Shown here: piece by piece, positions 16,546 to 25,249 of the stretch | Numbering within the stretch: the first letter of the stretch is position 1 | How the letters are laid out: each line of letters starts with the position of its first letter | NCBI GenBank assembly: GCA_946055075.1 | Contig: CAMGEN010000004.1 | Coordinates: forward strand, 3,522-67,521 | DNA length: 64,000 nucleotides | Reading direction: 5' to 3' | Source of the DNA: an uncultured Verrucomicrobiota bacterium | GTDB lineage: Bacteria; Verrucomicrobiota; Kiritimatiellia; RFP12; UBA1067 | Notes under the pieces: generated by a model | Databases searched by the model: none | What the model saw: the letters and a program-made list of their open reading frames with translations, nothing else | Told to the model about the DNA's origin: nothing | Program-made: the position numbers and the translations under genes

Positions 16546-16854
16546 GTGATATTCAATGTTCGAGGTGCGGTATGGGTTTTGGCGGCCATGGTCTTGGTTG
16601 CTAGCATCTGCTTCTTGGATGTGCGTTGCAGTAGTGATGACGAGGATAATCGTACATATGTGCGAGTGAAGTCCGAGATGGAGTTTGCCTGGCGGGCTAA
16701 GGAGGAGCAGCGTATGGAGGATTTGGCGAAGACTGCGCGGGATTTACGTAGGATGTCCGTCAAGCTTAGATCCCAGGGGGACGAGCGGGCGGCGAAGGAG
16801 GCCGAAGAGGCGGCCGATCGTATAGAGCGGGAGCTTAAGAGGAAAAATAGGTAA
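16546..16854 (+). CDS. Small membrane-anchored coiled-coil protein (hypothetical)
   Basis: The track ORF 16441-16854 overlaps tRNA-Leu, so the start was moved to in-frame GTG 16546 (ATG 16588 is an alternative). One TM segment (AVWVLAAMVLVASICF), then a charged helix. Confidence 0.4.
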   Translation: MIFNVRGAVWVLAAMVLVASICFLDVRCSSDDEDNRTYVRVKSEMEFAWRAKEEQRMEDLAKTARDLRRMSVKLRSQGDERAAKEAEEAADRIERELKRKNR

Positions 16855-16868
16855 AGGAGGATTAAGCA

Positions 16869-17585
16869 ATGATAGACTTCGAAAAGGAATTCGGCAAGCC
16901 TGGTCATCAGCCTGGGTTTACAGAGAAGGCCGTGTTGTCCAGAATGTTCAAGATCGTTTACGGATGGATGGCGATCGGACTTGCGTTGTCGGGTGTCTCG
17001 GCGTGGTATACGGCGTCCAGTGGGCTGTGGGCGACGATTCTGAATGGACCTGGCTTTCTGACCTGTGTCATTGTAGAGCTGGCATTGGTGTTCATCTTGA
17101 GCGCGGCAATCAATAAAATGCCGGCGGCATTCGCTTACGTGATGTTCCTGGCTTACGCTCTGGTGAACGGGCTGACTTTGTCCGTGGTCTTTGTCGCCTA
17201 TGAACTTGCGGCTGTGCAGCGGGTGTTTTTTATTACGGCGGCGATGTTCGGCGGACTTGCTCTCTGGGGCTCGTTCACGAAAGACGATCTTTCATCCGTC
17301 GGTTCGTTCTGCTATATGGCGCTCTGGGGGCTGATTGTGGCTGGGATTGTCAACATCTTCATGCACAGTGATGCGTTAGATTATATCTGTTCGATTGCGG
17401 GCATCCTAATCTTCACTGGTCTCACGATGTACGATGCGCAGAAGATCAAGCGCTTGGCGGCGGCTGAAGGGACGATGGATTCTGTGGCGATTCACCGTGT
17501 CGGCATTATCGGTGCTCTTAATCTGTATCTCGACTTCGTCAATCTGTTTCTGCATTTGCTTCGGTTGATGGGGCGCAAGCGTTGA
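16869..17585 (+). CDS. Bax inhibitor-1/YccA family membrane protein
   Basis: Seven hydrophobic segments. FLAYALVNGLTLS and GLTMYDAQKIK are typical of BI-1/YccA. AGGAGG Shine-Dalgarno sequence. Confidence 0.8.
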   Translation: MIDFEKEFGKPGHQPGFTEKAVLSRMFKIVYGWMAIGLALSGVSAWYTASSGLWATILNGPGFLTCVIVELALVFILSAAINKMPAAFAYVMFLAYALVNGLTLSVVFVAYELAAVQRVFFITAAMFGGLALWGSFTKDDLSSVGSFCYMALWGLIVAGIVNIFMHSDALDYICSIAGILIFTGLTMYDAQKIKRLAAAEGTMDSVAIHRVGIIGALNLYLDFVNLFLHLLRLMGRKR

Positions 17586-17588
17586 CCG

Positions 17589-18065
17589 ATGGAGATCGAG
17601 ATTCCCCTGGCTGAAGTAATCCGTTACATGAAGGCGGGTGCGAAGCCGCTGGAAGGCGGACTTCTGGAGCTCGTCAAGGCGTTGATTGCGGAAGCACCGA
17701 TTGATGCCCGCGGCGTCTGGAAGACAGAGAAGGATGCAATTTACCTTTGCGGCACGATCGGGATTCGTTTTGACCAGTGGCAGCGCAGGCTAAGCGTGCT
17801 CGGGGCGACTGAAGCATTGATCGCGCAGTCGATTGGCGCGGCGGCGGTGGAGCAGGTGATGGACGCCGTTGAAGCCGAAGCCAAGGCGGCGACGCCTGGA
17901 GAATGGGGAGCTCGGAGAAGTCCGGGTTACGGATCGATGCCGCTTTCCGATTCCGCGAAGATCCTTGCGAAGCTTGACGCGACCAGGCGCATCGGCGTTG
18001 CGGTTACCAAAGACTATTTTCTAGTCCCAGTCAAATCGGTGACGGCAGTGTGCCACAGGCTCTAA
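17589..18065 (+). CDS. Hypothetical protein, possibly methionine-synthase activation-domain-like
   Basis: 158 aa. GYGSMPLSDSAKILAKLDATRRIGVAVTKDYFLVPVKSVTAV resembles small 'vitamin B12-dependent methionine synthase activation domain' proteins (from memory only). Confidence 0.5.
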   Translation: MEIEIPLAEVIRYMKAGAKPLEGGLLELVKALIAEAPIDARGVWKTEKDAIYLCGTIGIRFDQWQRRLSVLGATEALIAQSIGAAAVEQVMDAVEAEAKAATPGEWGARRSPGYGSMPLSDSAKILAKLDATRRIGVAVTKDYFLVPVKSVTAVCHRL

Positions 18066-18076
18066 ACTAGGGAAAT

Positions 18077-18153
18077 TGGTCGGAGCGGAGGGATTTGAAC
18101 CCTCGGCCTTTTGCTCCCGAAGCAAACGCGCTACCAGGCTGCGCTACGCTCCG
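18077..18153 (-). tRNA. tRNA-Pro (anticodon CGG), CCA encoded
   Basis: Reverse complement folds as CGGAGCG-TA-GCGC..GCGC-G-TTTGC-TTCGGGA-GCAAA-AGGCC-GAGGG-TTCAAAT-CCCTC-CGCTCCG-A-CCA. Confidence 0.9.
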
Positions 18154-18230
18154 ACACGGGATTTTGAGCTGCTAAGCCGCAAAACATTGTATAGTATACT
18201 ACTTTTGCCCCTGATGAGTCAAGTGGGATA

Positions 18231-18239
18231 TGGTATAAT
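18231..18239 (+). promoter_or_regulatory. Extended -10 box TGgTATAAT upstream of the helicase gene
   Basis: tggtataat lies 56 nt before ATG 18296. The leader contains the heptamer array 18244-18271. Confidence 0.45.
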
Positions 18240-18243
18240 ATTA

Positions 18244-18271
18244 GTGAATAGTGAACAGAGAACAGTGAACA
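18244..18271. repeat. Tandem heptamers GTGAATA GTGAACA GAGAACA GTGAACA (intergenic)
   Basis: Read directly from the sequence. Confidence 0.85.
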
Positions 18272-18295
18272 AGTTTTGGAACGGCTTTTCCGCTA

Positions 18296-20443
18296 ATGAC
18301 TGACTTTTCGAAATTATTGAATCCGGAACAGTGCGCGGCGGCGACGGCAGGGGATGGTCCGTTGCTGGTGTTGGCGGCGGCCGGAACTGGCAAGACGCGG
18401 ACCCTCGTGCATCGCGTGGCGTATCTGATTGAAAATGGGGTGCCGGCTGATCGCATTTTGTTGTTGACCTTCACTAATCGGGCGGCGCGCGAGATGCTTG
18501 ATCGGGCGCAGAAGGTGATTGGTGACGGTGTCGCGGGGATCTGGTCTGGAACCTTTCACTCGATCTGCGCGCGTCTTCTGCGGCGTTATGGCGGATCCCT
18601 CGGTTATCAGCCGAGCTTTCAGATTCTGGATGAGGACGATCAGAAGAAGCTGATCGGCGAGATCATCAAGTCAACGGTGAAGGATACGAAGGATTTTCCA
18701 AAGAAGGAGGTCGTCGCCAAGATGATCTCCGAGGCGCAGAATGAGTCGAAGCCGATTGAACTGATTGCTGCACGCTGGCAGACGAAGGCGGCAGGTTTCA
18801 CACCGGAGGAGATCGTTGAGATTGCCGGCAAGTACAATGCGAAGAAGCTCGAGCTTGGGGCGATGGATTTCGACGATCTGCTGGTTAACGGGCTCCGTCT
18901 TCTGAAGGAAAAGGAGAATGTCCGCGAGATGCTTCAGGAGCATTTCCTCCATGTGCTGGTGGACGAGTATCAGGATACTAACGGCCTCCAGGCGGAGTTC
19001 ACTGACATCCTAGCGGCGAAGCATCGCAACATCCTCGCGGTCGGCGATGATTTTCAGTGCATCTACACCTGGCGCGGAGCCCAAATTGAGAACATTATGG
19101 AGTTTCCGAAGCGCTGGGAGGGCTGTCGAGTGATTAAGCTTGAACGAAATTACCGTTCCGTGCCCGGAGTCCTCAACGTCGCGAATGTGGTGATGCGCGA
19201 CGCGCCTAATCAGTTCGAGAAGATTCTGAAGCCCATCCGCAGTGCGGTGACCGAAGACAAGCCGTGGATCTATCGTGTGTATGACGACGAGGCGCAGGCG
19301 ACGGAGATTATGAAGGTCGTCGCAGAGATGCGTCGGAACGGGTTTCGCTATTCGGATATCGCGGTTCTGTACCGCAGCCATTTCCAGTCCATCAAGATTC
19401 AGATGTCCTTCGCCCGTCGCGGCGTTCCGCATCGTATCACCTCGGGTGTCGGTGTTTTCGAGCAGGTCCACACGAAGGACGTGCTCGCGTATCTCAGGCT
19501 TATCGTGAATCCTGCGGATGAACTTTCCTTCCTCCGCTTCGTCTGCCTTTTCCCGGGTGTCGGAGAGAAGGGGGCGCAGAAGATGTGGGACAGGCTCGGC
19601 CGTCAGTTCGATATGAGGCGCAGGGAGGACCGCGAGGCGCTCCTCGGGCTCTTCGGCGCGAAGGCGAAACCATTGTTTCCGCCGCTTATGAAGGCGATGG
19701 AGGTTGTGCAGGAGCACCTGGATGACGATTCGATCGGTGAAGTGATCGAGGATTTCTGCGATCTGTTTTATGAGGATTATCTCCGTAGAGAGTTCGGTGA
19801 TGCCGATGCCGAGGACCGCCTTGAGGATGTCAAGGAACTCGCCGCGCAGATCGCGGGGGGAGAGGTGCAGGAGGGAGAACTGCAGGGTGCAGGGTGCGGA
19901 GTGCAGAGTGATGGATGGCGGCGGTTGGAGGCGTTCTTGAGCGATGTCGCGCTGATGACGAACCTGGACGTGAGGAAGAATGATCCCGAACTTGATCGCG
20001 TGACGCTGTCGACGGTGCATCAGGCGAAGGGCATGGAATGGCCGGTGGTGATTGTGCCGTGGTTGTGCGAGTCGATGTTCCCGTCGGGCAAGGCGGTCGA
20101 GGAGAATCGGATGGACGAGGAGCGGCGGCTTTTCTATGTTGTTGTGACGCGGGCGAAGGACAAACTTTATATGTTCGTGCCGCAGATGCGTAAGATGGCG
20201 GACGGCGGGATCTTTCCGGTGGACCCCTCGCAGTTCGTAAAGGAGATTCCGCCGCAGCTCTGCAGTTGTATTCGCGTGCAGTCCGCCCCGCCGGCTTATG
20301 GCGGCGGCTATGGTCCGCGCGGCGGGTACAGTGGCGGCTACAGTGGCGGCTATGGTTCGCGAGGCGGATATGGCGGCGGGTATGGCGGTTATTCAAAGCC
20401 GAAATCTACGACGATTATCAAAACCACGTGGAGGAAGTCATGA
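18296..20443 (+). CDS. UvrD/PcrA/Rep-family ATP-dependent DNA helicase with a Gly/Tyr/Arg-rich C-terminal tail
   Basis: LNPEQ..GPLLVLAAAGTGKT (Walker A), VDEYQDTN, TVHQAKGMEWPVV, and tail PAYGGGYGPRGGYSGGYSGGYGSRGGYGGGYGGY. Confidence 0.85.
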   Translation: MTDFSKLLNPEQCAAATAGDGPLLVLAAAGTGKTRTLVHRVAYLIENGVPADRILLLTFTNRAAREMLDRAQKVIGDGVAGIWSGTFHSICARLLRRYGGSLGYQPSFQILDEDDQKKLIGEIIKSTVKDTKDFPKKEVVAKMISEAQNESKPIELIAARWQTKAAGFTPEEIVEIAGKYNAKKLELGAMDFDDLLVNGLRLLKEKENVREMLQEHFLHVLVDEYQDTNGLQAEFTDILAAKHRNILAVGDDFQCIYTWRGAQIENIMEFPKRWEGCRVIKLERNYRSVPGVLNVANVVMRDAPNQFEKILKPIRSAVTEDKPWIYRVYDDEAQATEIMKVVAEMRRNGFRYSDIAVLYRSHFQSIKIQMSFARRGVPHRITSGVGVFEQVHTKDVLAYLRLIVNPADELSFLRFVCLFPGVGEKGAQKMWDRLGRQFDMRRREDREALLGLFGAKAKPLFPPLMKAMEVVQEHLDDDSIGEVIEDFCDLFYEDYLRREFGDADAEDRLEDVKELAAQIAGGEVQEGELQGAGCGVQSDGWRRLEAFLSDVALMTNLDVRKNDPELDRVTLSTVHQAKGMEWPVVIVPWLCESMFPSGKAVEENRMDEERRLFYVVVTRAKDKLYMFVPQMRKMADGGIFPVDPSQFVKEIPPQLCSCIRVQSAPPAYGGGYGPRGGYSGGYSGGYGSRGGYGGGYGGYSKPKSTTIIKTTWRKS
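19880..19914. repeat. Tandem heptamers CTGCAGG GTGCAGG GTGCGGA GTGCAGA GTGATGG inside the helicase CDS
   Basis: Read directly. Encodes ELQGAGCGVQSDG. A further GTGCAGG sits at 19865. Confidence 0.8.
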
Positions 20444-20916
20444 ACGTTCGCCCTGCGACACTTGCGGACGCGGAGATGATCTTCGCGCTCATCAACTTGA
20501 ACCGAGATCAGCTCGTGCCGCGTTCGCTTGGTAATATCGTCGAATCGATCGACCGGTTTTTTGTCGCGGAAACGGACGGCGAGATGGCTGGTTGCGCGTC
20601 TTATACGATTCATCCCGAAATCGGCAACGCCGAGGCTGCGGCGGTCGAGGTGGTGTCCGTTGCGGTGAAATCGATCTTTCGTCGTCAAGGTATTGGTAAG
20701 GAGCTGGTGGAGGCGGTGATCGCGAAGGCGAAGATGTTTTGTCCGCATGAAGTCGTGGTACTGACTTTCGCGCCGGAGTTCTTCACTGCGCTTGGTTTCA
20801 GGGAGATTCCGAAGACGCAGATCATGCACAAGCTCTATACGGGCTGCATCAACTGCACCAAGCACGCCGATCCTTATACCTGTCCCGAAATCGCAATGTG
20901 CAAGTCACTTGCATAA
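20440..20916 (+). CDS. GNAT family N-acetyltransferase (N-acetylglutamate synthase-like)
   Basis: ATGA overlap with the helicase stop. RRQGIGKELV acetyl-CoA motif. C-terminal CINCTKHADPYTCPE, as seen in small ArgA-like GNATs. Confidence 0.7.
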   Translation: MNVRPATLADAEMIFALINLNRDQLVPRSLGNIVESIDRFFVAETDGEMAGCASYTIHPEIGNAEAAAVEVVSVAVKSIFRRQGIGKELVEAVIAKAKMFCPHEVVVLTFAPEFFTALGFREIPKTQIMHKLYTGCINCTKHADPYTCPEIAMCKSLA

Positions 20917-20938
20917 GTTGCTAAAGTGGACGAATATT

Positions 20939-20947
20939 TGCTATAAT
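20939..20947 (+). promoter_or_regulatory. Extended -10 box TGcTATAAT, 8 nt before the ATG (leaderless geometry)
   Basis: tgctataat-atcagaca-ATG(20956). A possible -35 TTGCTA lies 18 nt upstream. Confidence 0.55.
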
Positions 20948-20955
20948 ATCAGACA

Positions 20956-22152
20956 ATGTTCGATTTTCTGAAAAAGAAGGCAAAAGGGCCCGTTATTTAC
21001 AAGCGGGCTGAGCATTGTATTTCTCGGAAGAACATCGATCCTGATGCGTTGAAGGTTCTTTATCGTCTCTCTAGTCTTGGTTTTACGGCATATCTTGTCG
21101 GCGGTGGGGTGCGTGACCTGCTGATGGGCAGGAAGCCCAAGGATTTTGATGTCGGCACGAGTGCGCGTCCTAATGAGGTGAAGCGCGCCTTTCGCAATTG
21201 CTTCCTGATTGGGCGTCGCTTCCGTCTTGCGCATGTGCGTTTCGGTGAGAAGGTGATAGAAACGGCGACTTTTCGGCAGAATTCTCAGACTGTCGGCGAA
21301 ATTATCGAGCATGCGTCGGAGGGTCCGTTGGAGGACAACACGTTCGGAACTCCTGAGACCGATGCGTATCGTCGCGACTTCACGGTCAACGGCTTATTCT
21401 ACGACATCAAAGACTTTTCGGTGATTGATTGGGTCGGCGGCATGCGTGACATCGAGAAGAAGGTCATTCGTGCGATTGGAGATCCCGACATCCGCTTTCA
21501 GGAAGATCCGGTGAGGATGATGCGTGCCGTCAAGTTCTCTTCGCGCCTTGGATTCAGAATTGAGAAGAAGACGATGGATGCGATGAAGAAGCGGCACGCG
21601 TGCATTCTTGCAGCATCGCAGCCGCGTGTTTGTGAAGAGGTGTTCAGGCTTTTCCCGTATGGCGAGTCAGCGAAGGCATTCAGGCTAATGTGGGAGACGG
21701 GGATGCTTGGTGATCTGCTTCCTGATCTCGCGCGTTACATTTCTCGTTCAGGCGGGGCGAAGAGTCCGGAATGGAAGTATCTTGAGGTCCTGGACCGATA
21801 TGAGAAGATGATGGCGGAAAAGGGCTTTGAGGTCTCGAATGGGCTTCGCGCCGCGGTCCTGATGACTGGTCTTGCTCGCATTGACAAGAAGAATGGTGCG
21901 GGTAGGCGTGTGATGCATAAGATGCTTGAGGCGCTCCATATTCCGAAGGCGACGTATTTCCTTGGTTCGCTTCTGATCGAGAGCCGGGTGCGGTTTTTGG
22001 TTTCTCCTTCGAAGGGAAGAACGAGGTTTATTCACAACCGTGACTTCCTTGATGCGCTTGATTACAATCGCATCGTGTTTAGGGCGGAGGGACGCGACGA
22101 GAAGGTTTTAAACGAATGGTCAGACCTCTACGAAGAGAAAGGCAACAAATGA
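20956..22152 (+). CDS. pcnB: Poly(A) polymerase I (tRNA nucleotidyltransferase superfamily)
   Basis: ISRKNIDPDALKVLYRLSSLGFTAYLVGGGVRDLLMGRKPKDFDVGT...FRNCFLIGRRFRLAHVRFG closely parallels the E. coli PcnB N-terminus. Confidence 0.8.
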   Translation: MFDFLKKKAKGPVIYKRAEHCISRKNIDPDALKVLYRLSSLGFTAYLVGGGVRDLLMGRKPKDFDVGTSARPNEVKRAFRNCFLIGRRFRLAHVRFGEKVIETATFRQNSQTVGEIIEHASEGPLEDNTFGTPETDAYRRDFTVNGLFYDIKDFSVIDWVGGMRDIEKKVIRAIGDPDIRFQEDPVRMMRAVKFSSRLGFRIEKKTMDAMKKRHACILAASQPRVCEEVFRLFPYGESAKAFRLMWETGMLGDLLPDLARYISRSGGAKSPEWKYLEVLDRYEKMMAEKGFEVSNGLRAAVLMTGLARIDKKNGAGRRVMHKMLEALHIPKATYFLGSLLIESRVRFLVSPSKGRTRFIHNRDFLDALDYNRIVFRAEGRDEKVLNEWSDLYEEKGNK

Positions 22153-22772
22153 ACGAAGAACTCATGCAGGAAATCAAATCAACCCTCCCGTGGCTTGTTG
22201 TCGCGGCCATTGCGGTCGCTGGTTATTACGGGGTGAAGAACTATTTGGAGAACCGTCGGGTCGAATCCAGCAACGCGCTTATCGCTTCCTATACGACGGA
22301 CGAATTCGAGGCGGCGGTGCAGCGGTTCGGTTCTACCGATGCCGGTGGTGTGCTGAAGCTTCGTCTCGCGAAGAAGTATTTTGATGATGGGCGTTACGAG
22401 GAAGCGTCCTCGATCTATGACGAGCTTGTGGCGAAGGCGCCTGGCGGTTATGAGGACATTCCCGTGGTCGGTAAGGCGCAGTGCCTTGAAGCGCAGGGCA
22501 AATACGCTGACGCGCTGGCAGCTTATGAGGCATTTGCCGCAGCGAATCCGAAGAGCTTCCTTGCGCTTACCGCGAAGCTTGGAGCCGTCCGTGCGATTGC
22601 CCTTGGTGGAGACAAGGAGAAGGCGCTAGCGAAGCTTGCGGAGGTCAAGGAGTCGGTTAAGGACGACGAGCTCTCCAAGGCTCGTGTGGAGGCTATCGAA
22701 GATACGGTCAGACGCTATCAGGCTCCAGTTGACAAGGACGATCCGGCTGTAGTTCAGTCAGAAGCCAAGTAA
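22149..22772 (+). CDS. Membrane-anchored TPR protein (YfgM-like)
   Basis: ATGA overlap with pcnB. One N-terminal TM segment (LPWLVVAAIAVAGYYGV), then TPR-like helices. Confidence 0.55.
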   Translation: MNEELMQEIKSTLPWLVVAAIAVAGYYGVKNYLENRRVESSNALIASYTTDEFEAAVQRFGSTDAGGVLKLRLAKKYFDDGRYEEASSIYDELVAKAPGGYEDIPVVGKAQCLEAQGKYADALAAYEAFAAANPKSFLALTAKLGAVRAIALGGDKEKALAKLAEVKESVKDDELSKARVEAIEDTVRRYQAPVDKDDPAVVQSEAK

Positions 22773-22777
22773 GATTC

Positions 22778-23524
22778 ATGAAGTTCGTACGGGAGATCGG
22801 TAAATCCGGTAAGATCGCGGCCGCTTCGGTGGCCGCGTTCCCGTCTGTTTTCCGTAGCGCTGATAGCCGTGCGGACTTCATGCTGCAACTTTACAGGACC
22901 GGCATCGCCACGCTCCCCGTGGTCACGGTGGTTTCGTTGTTCATGGGGATGATCCTGTCGTTGCAGGTCGGGTTGGAGTTGCGGCGTTTCAATCAGGAGA
23001 TCTATCTCGGGGCGGCGGTGATGCTGACGTTGATCCGCGAGATGGGGCCGTTCTGCTGTGGCATCTGTTTCGCTGCGTGTGTAGGGTCGGCTATCGCGGC
23101 GGAGGTCGGCACAATGAAGGTGAATGACGAGATTGATGCGCTGACGATCATGAAGATCTCGCCGATTCGGTATCTTGCGGCGCCACGCATCTTGGCGCTG
23201 GTGCTGATGGCGCCGATCATCGCCTTCTACTGTTGTGTGATCGGCACGCTCGGAGGCGGCATTGTCGGCATTACTCAGTTGAACGTGGATTTCGGGCAGT
23301 ACATCGCCTCTGCTTTGTCGATGGCGGAGGCGAAGGATCTTTTCGTGGGGCTTGCCAAGGCGACGTTGTTCGGGTTCGTGATTGGCGTGGTGTCGTTTTC
23401 CGAAGGTGTTGGTTCGCGTCTAGGAGCGACTGGTGTCGGCAAGGCGACGCAGCGCAGTGTGGTCATGAGTTTTCTGTTGATTCTGATCCTAGGATATATG
23501 GTCACGAGGGCGTTTTACGAGTGA
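22778..23524 (+). CDS. mlaE: MlaE-family ABC transporter permease
   Basis: LIREMGPF...VGSAIAAEVGTMKVNDEIDALTIMKISPIRYLAAPRILA matches the MlaE signature region. Confidence 0.8.
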   Translation: MKFVREIGKSGKIAAASVAAFPSVFRSADSRADFMLQLYRTGIATLPVVTVVSLFMGMILSLQVGLELRRFNQEIYLGAAVMLTLIREMGPFCCGICFAACVGSAIAAEVGTMKVNDEIDALTIMKISPIRYLAAPRILALVLMAPIIAFYCCVIGTLGGGIVGITQLNVDFGQYIASALSMAEAKDLFVGLAKATLFGFVIGVVSFSEGVGSRLGATGVGKATQRSVVMSFLLILILGYMVTRAFYE

Positions 23525-23567
23525 AATCAGGTGCGGGTTAGCGGTGTAGTGCAATGTCAAATGACTG

Positions 23568-24272
23568 ATGGAAGGTAAAGTCATAGAGTTTCGCGATGTG
23601 ACGAAGGGTTTCGGAGCCGGCAAGGTTCTGGACGGGATCTCATTCTCGGTCAACAAGGGTGAAGTGGTCTGCATTACCGGTCCCTCGGGCACTGGCAAGT
23701 CGGTGACGCTTAAGCATATCGTTGGTCTCATCGAGCCGGATTCGGGAGAAATTGAGTTGGCGACGGATCGTATTGGCTATCTTTTTCAATCCGGCGCGTT
23801 GCTTGCGTGGCTCACGGTTTGGGAGAACGTGGCGCTGCCGCTTAAGGAGACAACCAACCTTCCCGATGACAGAATTGAGGAGAAGGTGATGAAAGCGCTC
23901 GCGGCGGTAGGGCTTGCGGATGCGGCTGACAAGTATCCGTCAGAGATCTCCGGCGGCATGCAGAAGCGCGCGGGACTTGCCAGGGCGATTGTCTGTGAGG
24001 CGGACGTCATTCTCTATGACGAGCCGACATCTGGCCTCGATCCGGTCACGAGTGTTCATATTAATGCGCTCATTAAGAAGCTTAACGTCGAATTCGGCAT
24101 CACGTCGATAGTAGTCACTCATGATATCCCGTCCGCGCTTAAGATCGCCGACCGGATGCTGCTTATCAAGGACGGCAGGGTTGTCGAATGTTCCGCGCCG
24201 GCGGAATTTGTTAAATCACAGAATCCAGATGTCCGTGAATTCATCGCGGCGATGAAAGGGGATACGGTATGA
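23568..24272 (+). CDS. mlaF: MlaF-like ABC transporter ATP-binding protein
   Basis: Walker A GPSGTGKS, signature ISGGMQKR, Walker B ILYDEPTSGLD. Confidence 0.8.
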   Translation: MEGKVIEFRDVTKGFGAGKVLDGISFSVNKGEVVCITGPSGTGKSVTLKHIVGLIEPDSGEIELATDRIGYLFQSGALLAWLTVWENVALPLKETTNLPDDRIEEKVMKALAAVGLADAADKYPSEISGGMQKRAGLARAIVCEADVILYDEPTSGLDPVTSVHINALIKKLNVEFGITSIVVTHDIPSALKIADRMLLIKDGRVVECSAPAEFVKSQNPDVREFIAAMKGDTV

Positions 24273-25249
24273 AAAGAAGGAAGAGTCACGCGTTTTCGGA
24301 TCTGATCACTGGAATCTTCATGTTGGCGGTTCTGCTGGCGCTCGGCTACTTTACAATCGTGATCTCTGGCGTCGATATCGTCAACGGCAAGGAGCGGGTG
24401 CCGATGACGATTAACTTCCGAGCGGTAGGAGGGCTCAAGGAGCATGACGCGGTCATGTATCGTGGCACGAAGGTCGGGGCGGTCGAGAGAATCGAGCTAA
24501 CCGATGACGGACTCAAGGTGCGGCTTGAGGTTGATAAGTCTGTCAAGATCCGCACGGGCTATTCCGCGACGGTTTGCGCACTGACGATGCTCGGGGGCAA
24601 TTACCTTCAACTTGACGAGGGCGATGGTGAGGAGATCGATTATTCGTCCGCCGAGCTGACCGGCTCCGATCCGATTGACTGGATGCGCGATGTGGCCAAG
24701 GTCGCGAACAACCTGAAGGAGATTACTGAGTCTGACGAGATTCGTAACACGATTTCCAATGTCTGTTCCATCTCCGCCAAGGCCGAGGCGATCGTTTCCC
24801 GTGTAGAGGCGGGAGAGGGACTTGCTGGAAAGATGCTGTCGAAAGACGTTTCCCTGTATAACGACGTGACGTCCACGGTATTCGAGGCGAAGGCGGCTTT
24901 TGCGCACGCGAATTCGATTACTGCGCGGTTTGACGATGAGAAGTTGGTGCAGGAGTTGCGGGACGGCATTTCCGCGTTCCGGAAGGCGTGTGAATCGATG
25001 GATTTTGGCGACAGTGTGAAGGGAGATGTTAGAGAGGTTTCAGAGAGCGCCAAGAGGTTGCTTGCCTCGCTTAATGAAATGGTGGATCGGGCGAAGAACG
25101 GACAGGGTACGCTTGGCAGGTTGATGAAGGATGACGGTATGTACAACGAGGTCGAGGGTCTGATCTTCGACGTTCGTCAGATTCTTGACAATTATCGTGA
25201 CACCACGCCGATCGCGACGTTTTCGTCACTTGCCACTGGTGCGCTGTGA
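24269..25249 (+). CDS. mlaD: MlaD/MCE-domain protein
   Basis: N-terminal TM segment, then the MCE core NFRAVGGLKEHDAVMYRGTKVGAVERIEL. ATGA overlap with mlaF. Confidence 0.75.
   Translation: MKRRKSHAFSDLITGIFMLAVLLALGYFTIVISGVDIVNGKERVPMTINFRAVGGLKEHDAVMYRGTKVGAVERIELTDDGLKVRLEVDKSVKIRTGYSATVCALTMLGGNYLQLDEGDGEEIDYSSAELTGSDPIDWMRDVAKVANNLKEITESDEIRNTISNVCSISAKAEAIVSRVEAGEGLAGKMLSKDVSLYNDVTSTVFEAKAAFAHANSITARFDDEKLVQELRDGISAFRKACESMDFGDSVKGDVREVSESAKRLLASLNEMVDRAKNGQGTLGRLMKDDGMYNEVEGLIFDVRQILDNYRDTTPIATFSSLATGAL

Noticed and set aside
18076-18303. 75-aa + strand ORF
   Set aside because: It is the antisense reading of tRNA-Pro plus the intergenic heptamer array. Not coding.
20266-20439. Upstream extension of the GNAT ORF (track start 20266)
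   Set aside because: It overlaps the helicase Gly/Tyr tail in another frame. ATG 20440, which forms an ATGA overlap with the helicase stop, is the sensible start.
23525-23567. Possible additional heptamer array between mlaE and mlaF (GTGAAAT CAGGTGC GGGTTAG CGGTGTA GTGCAAT)
   Set aside because: Only a loose GTG recurrence with no two units alike. Too weak to count.
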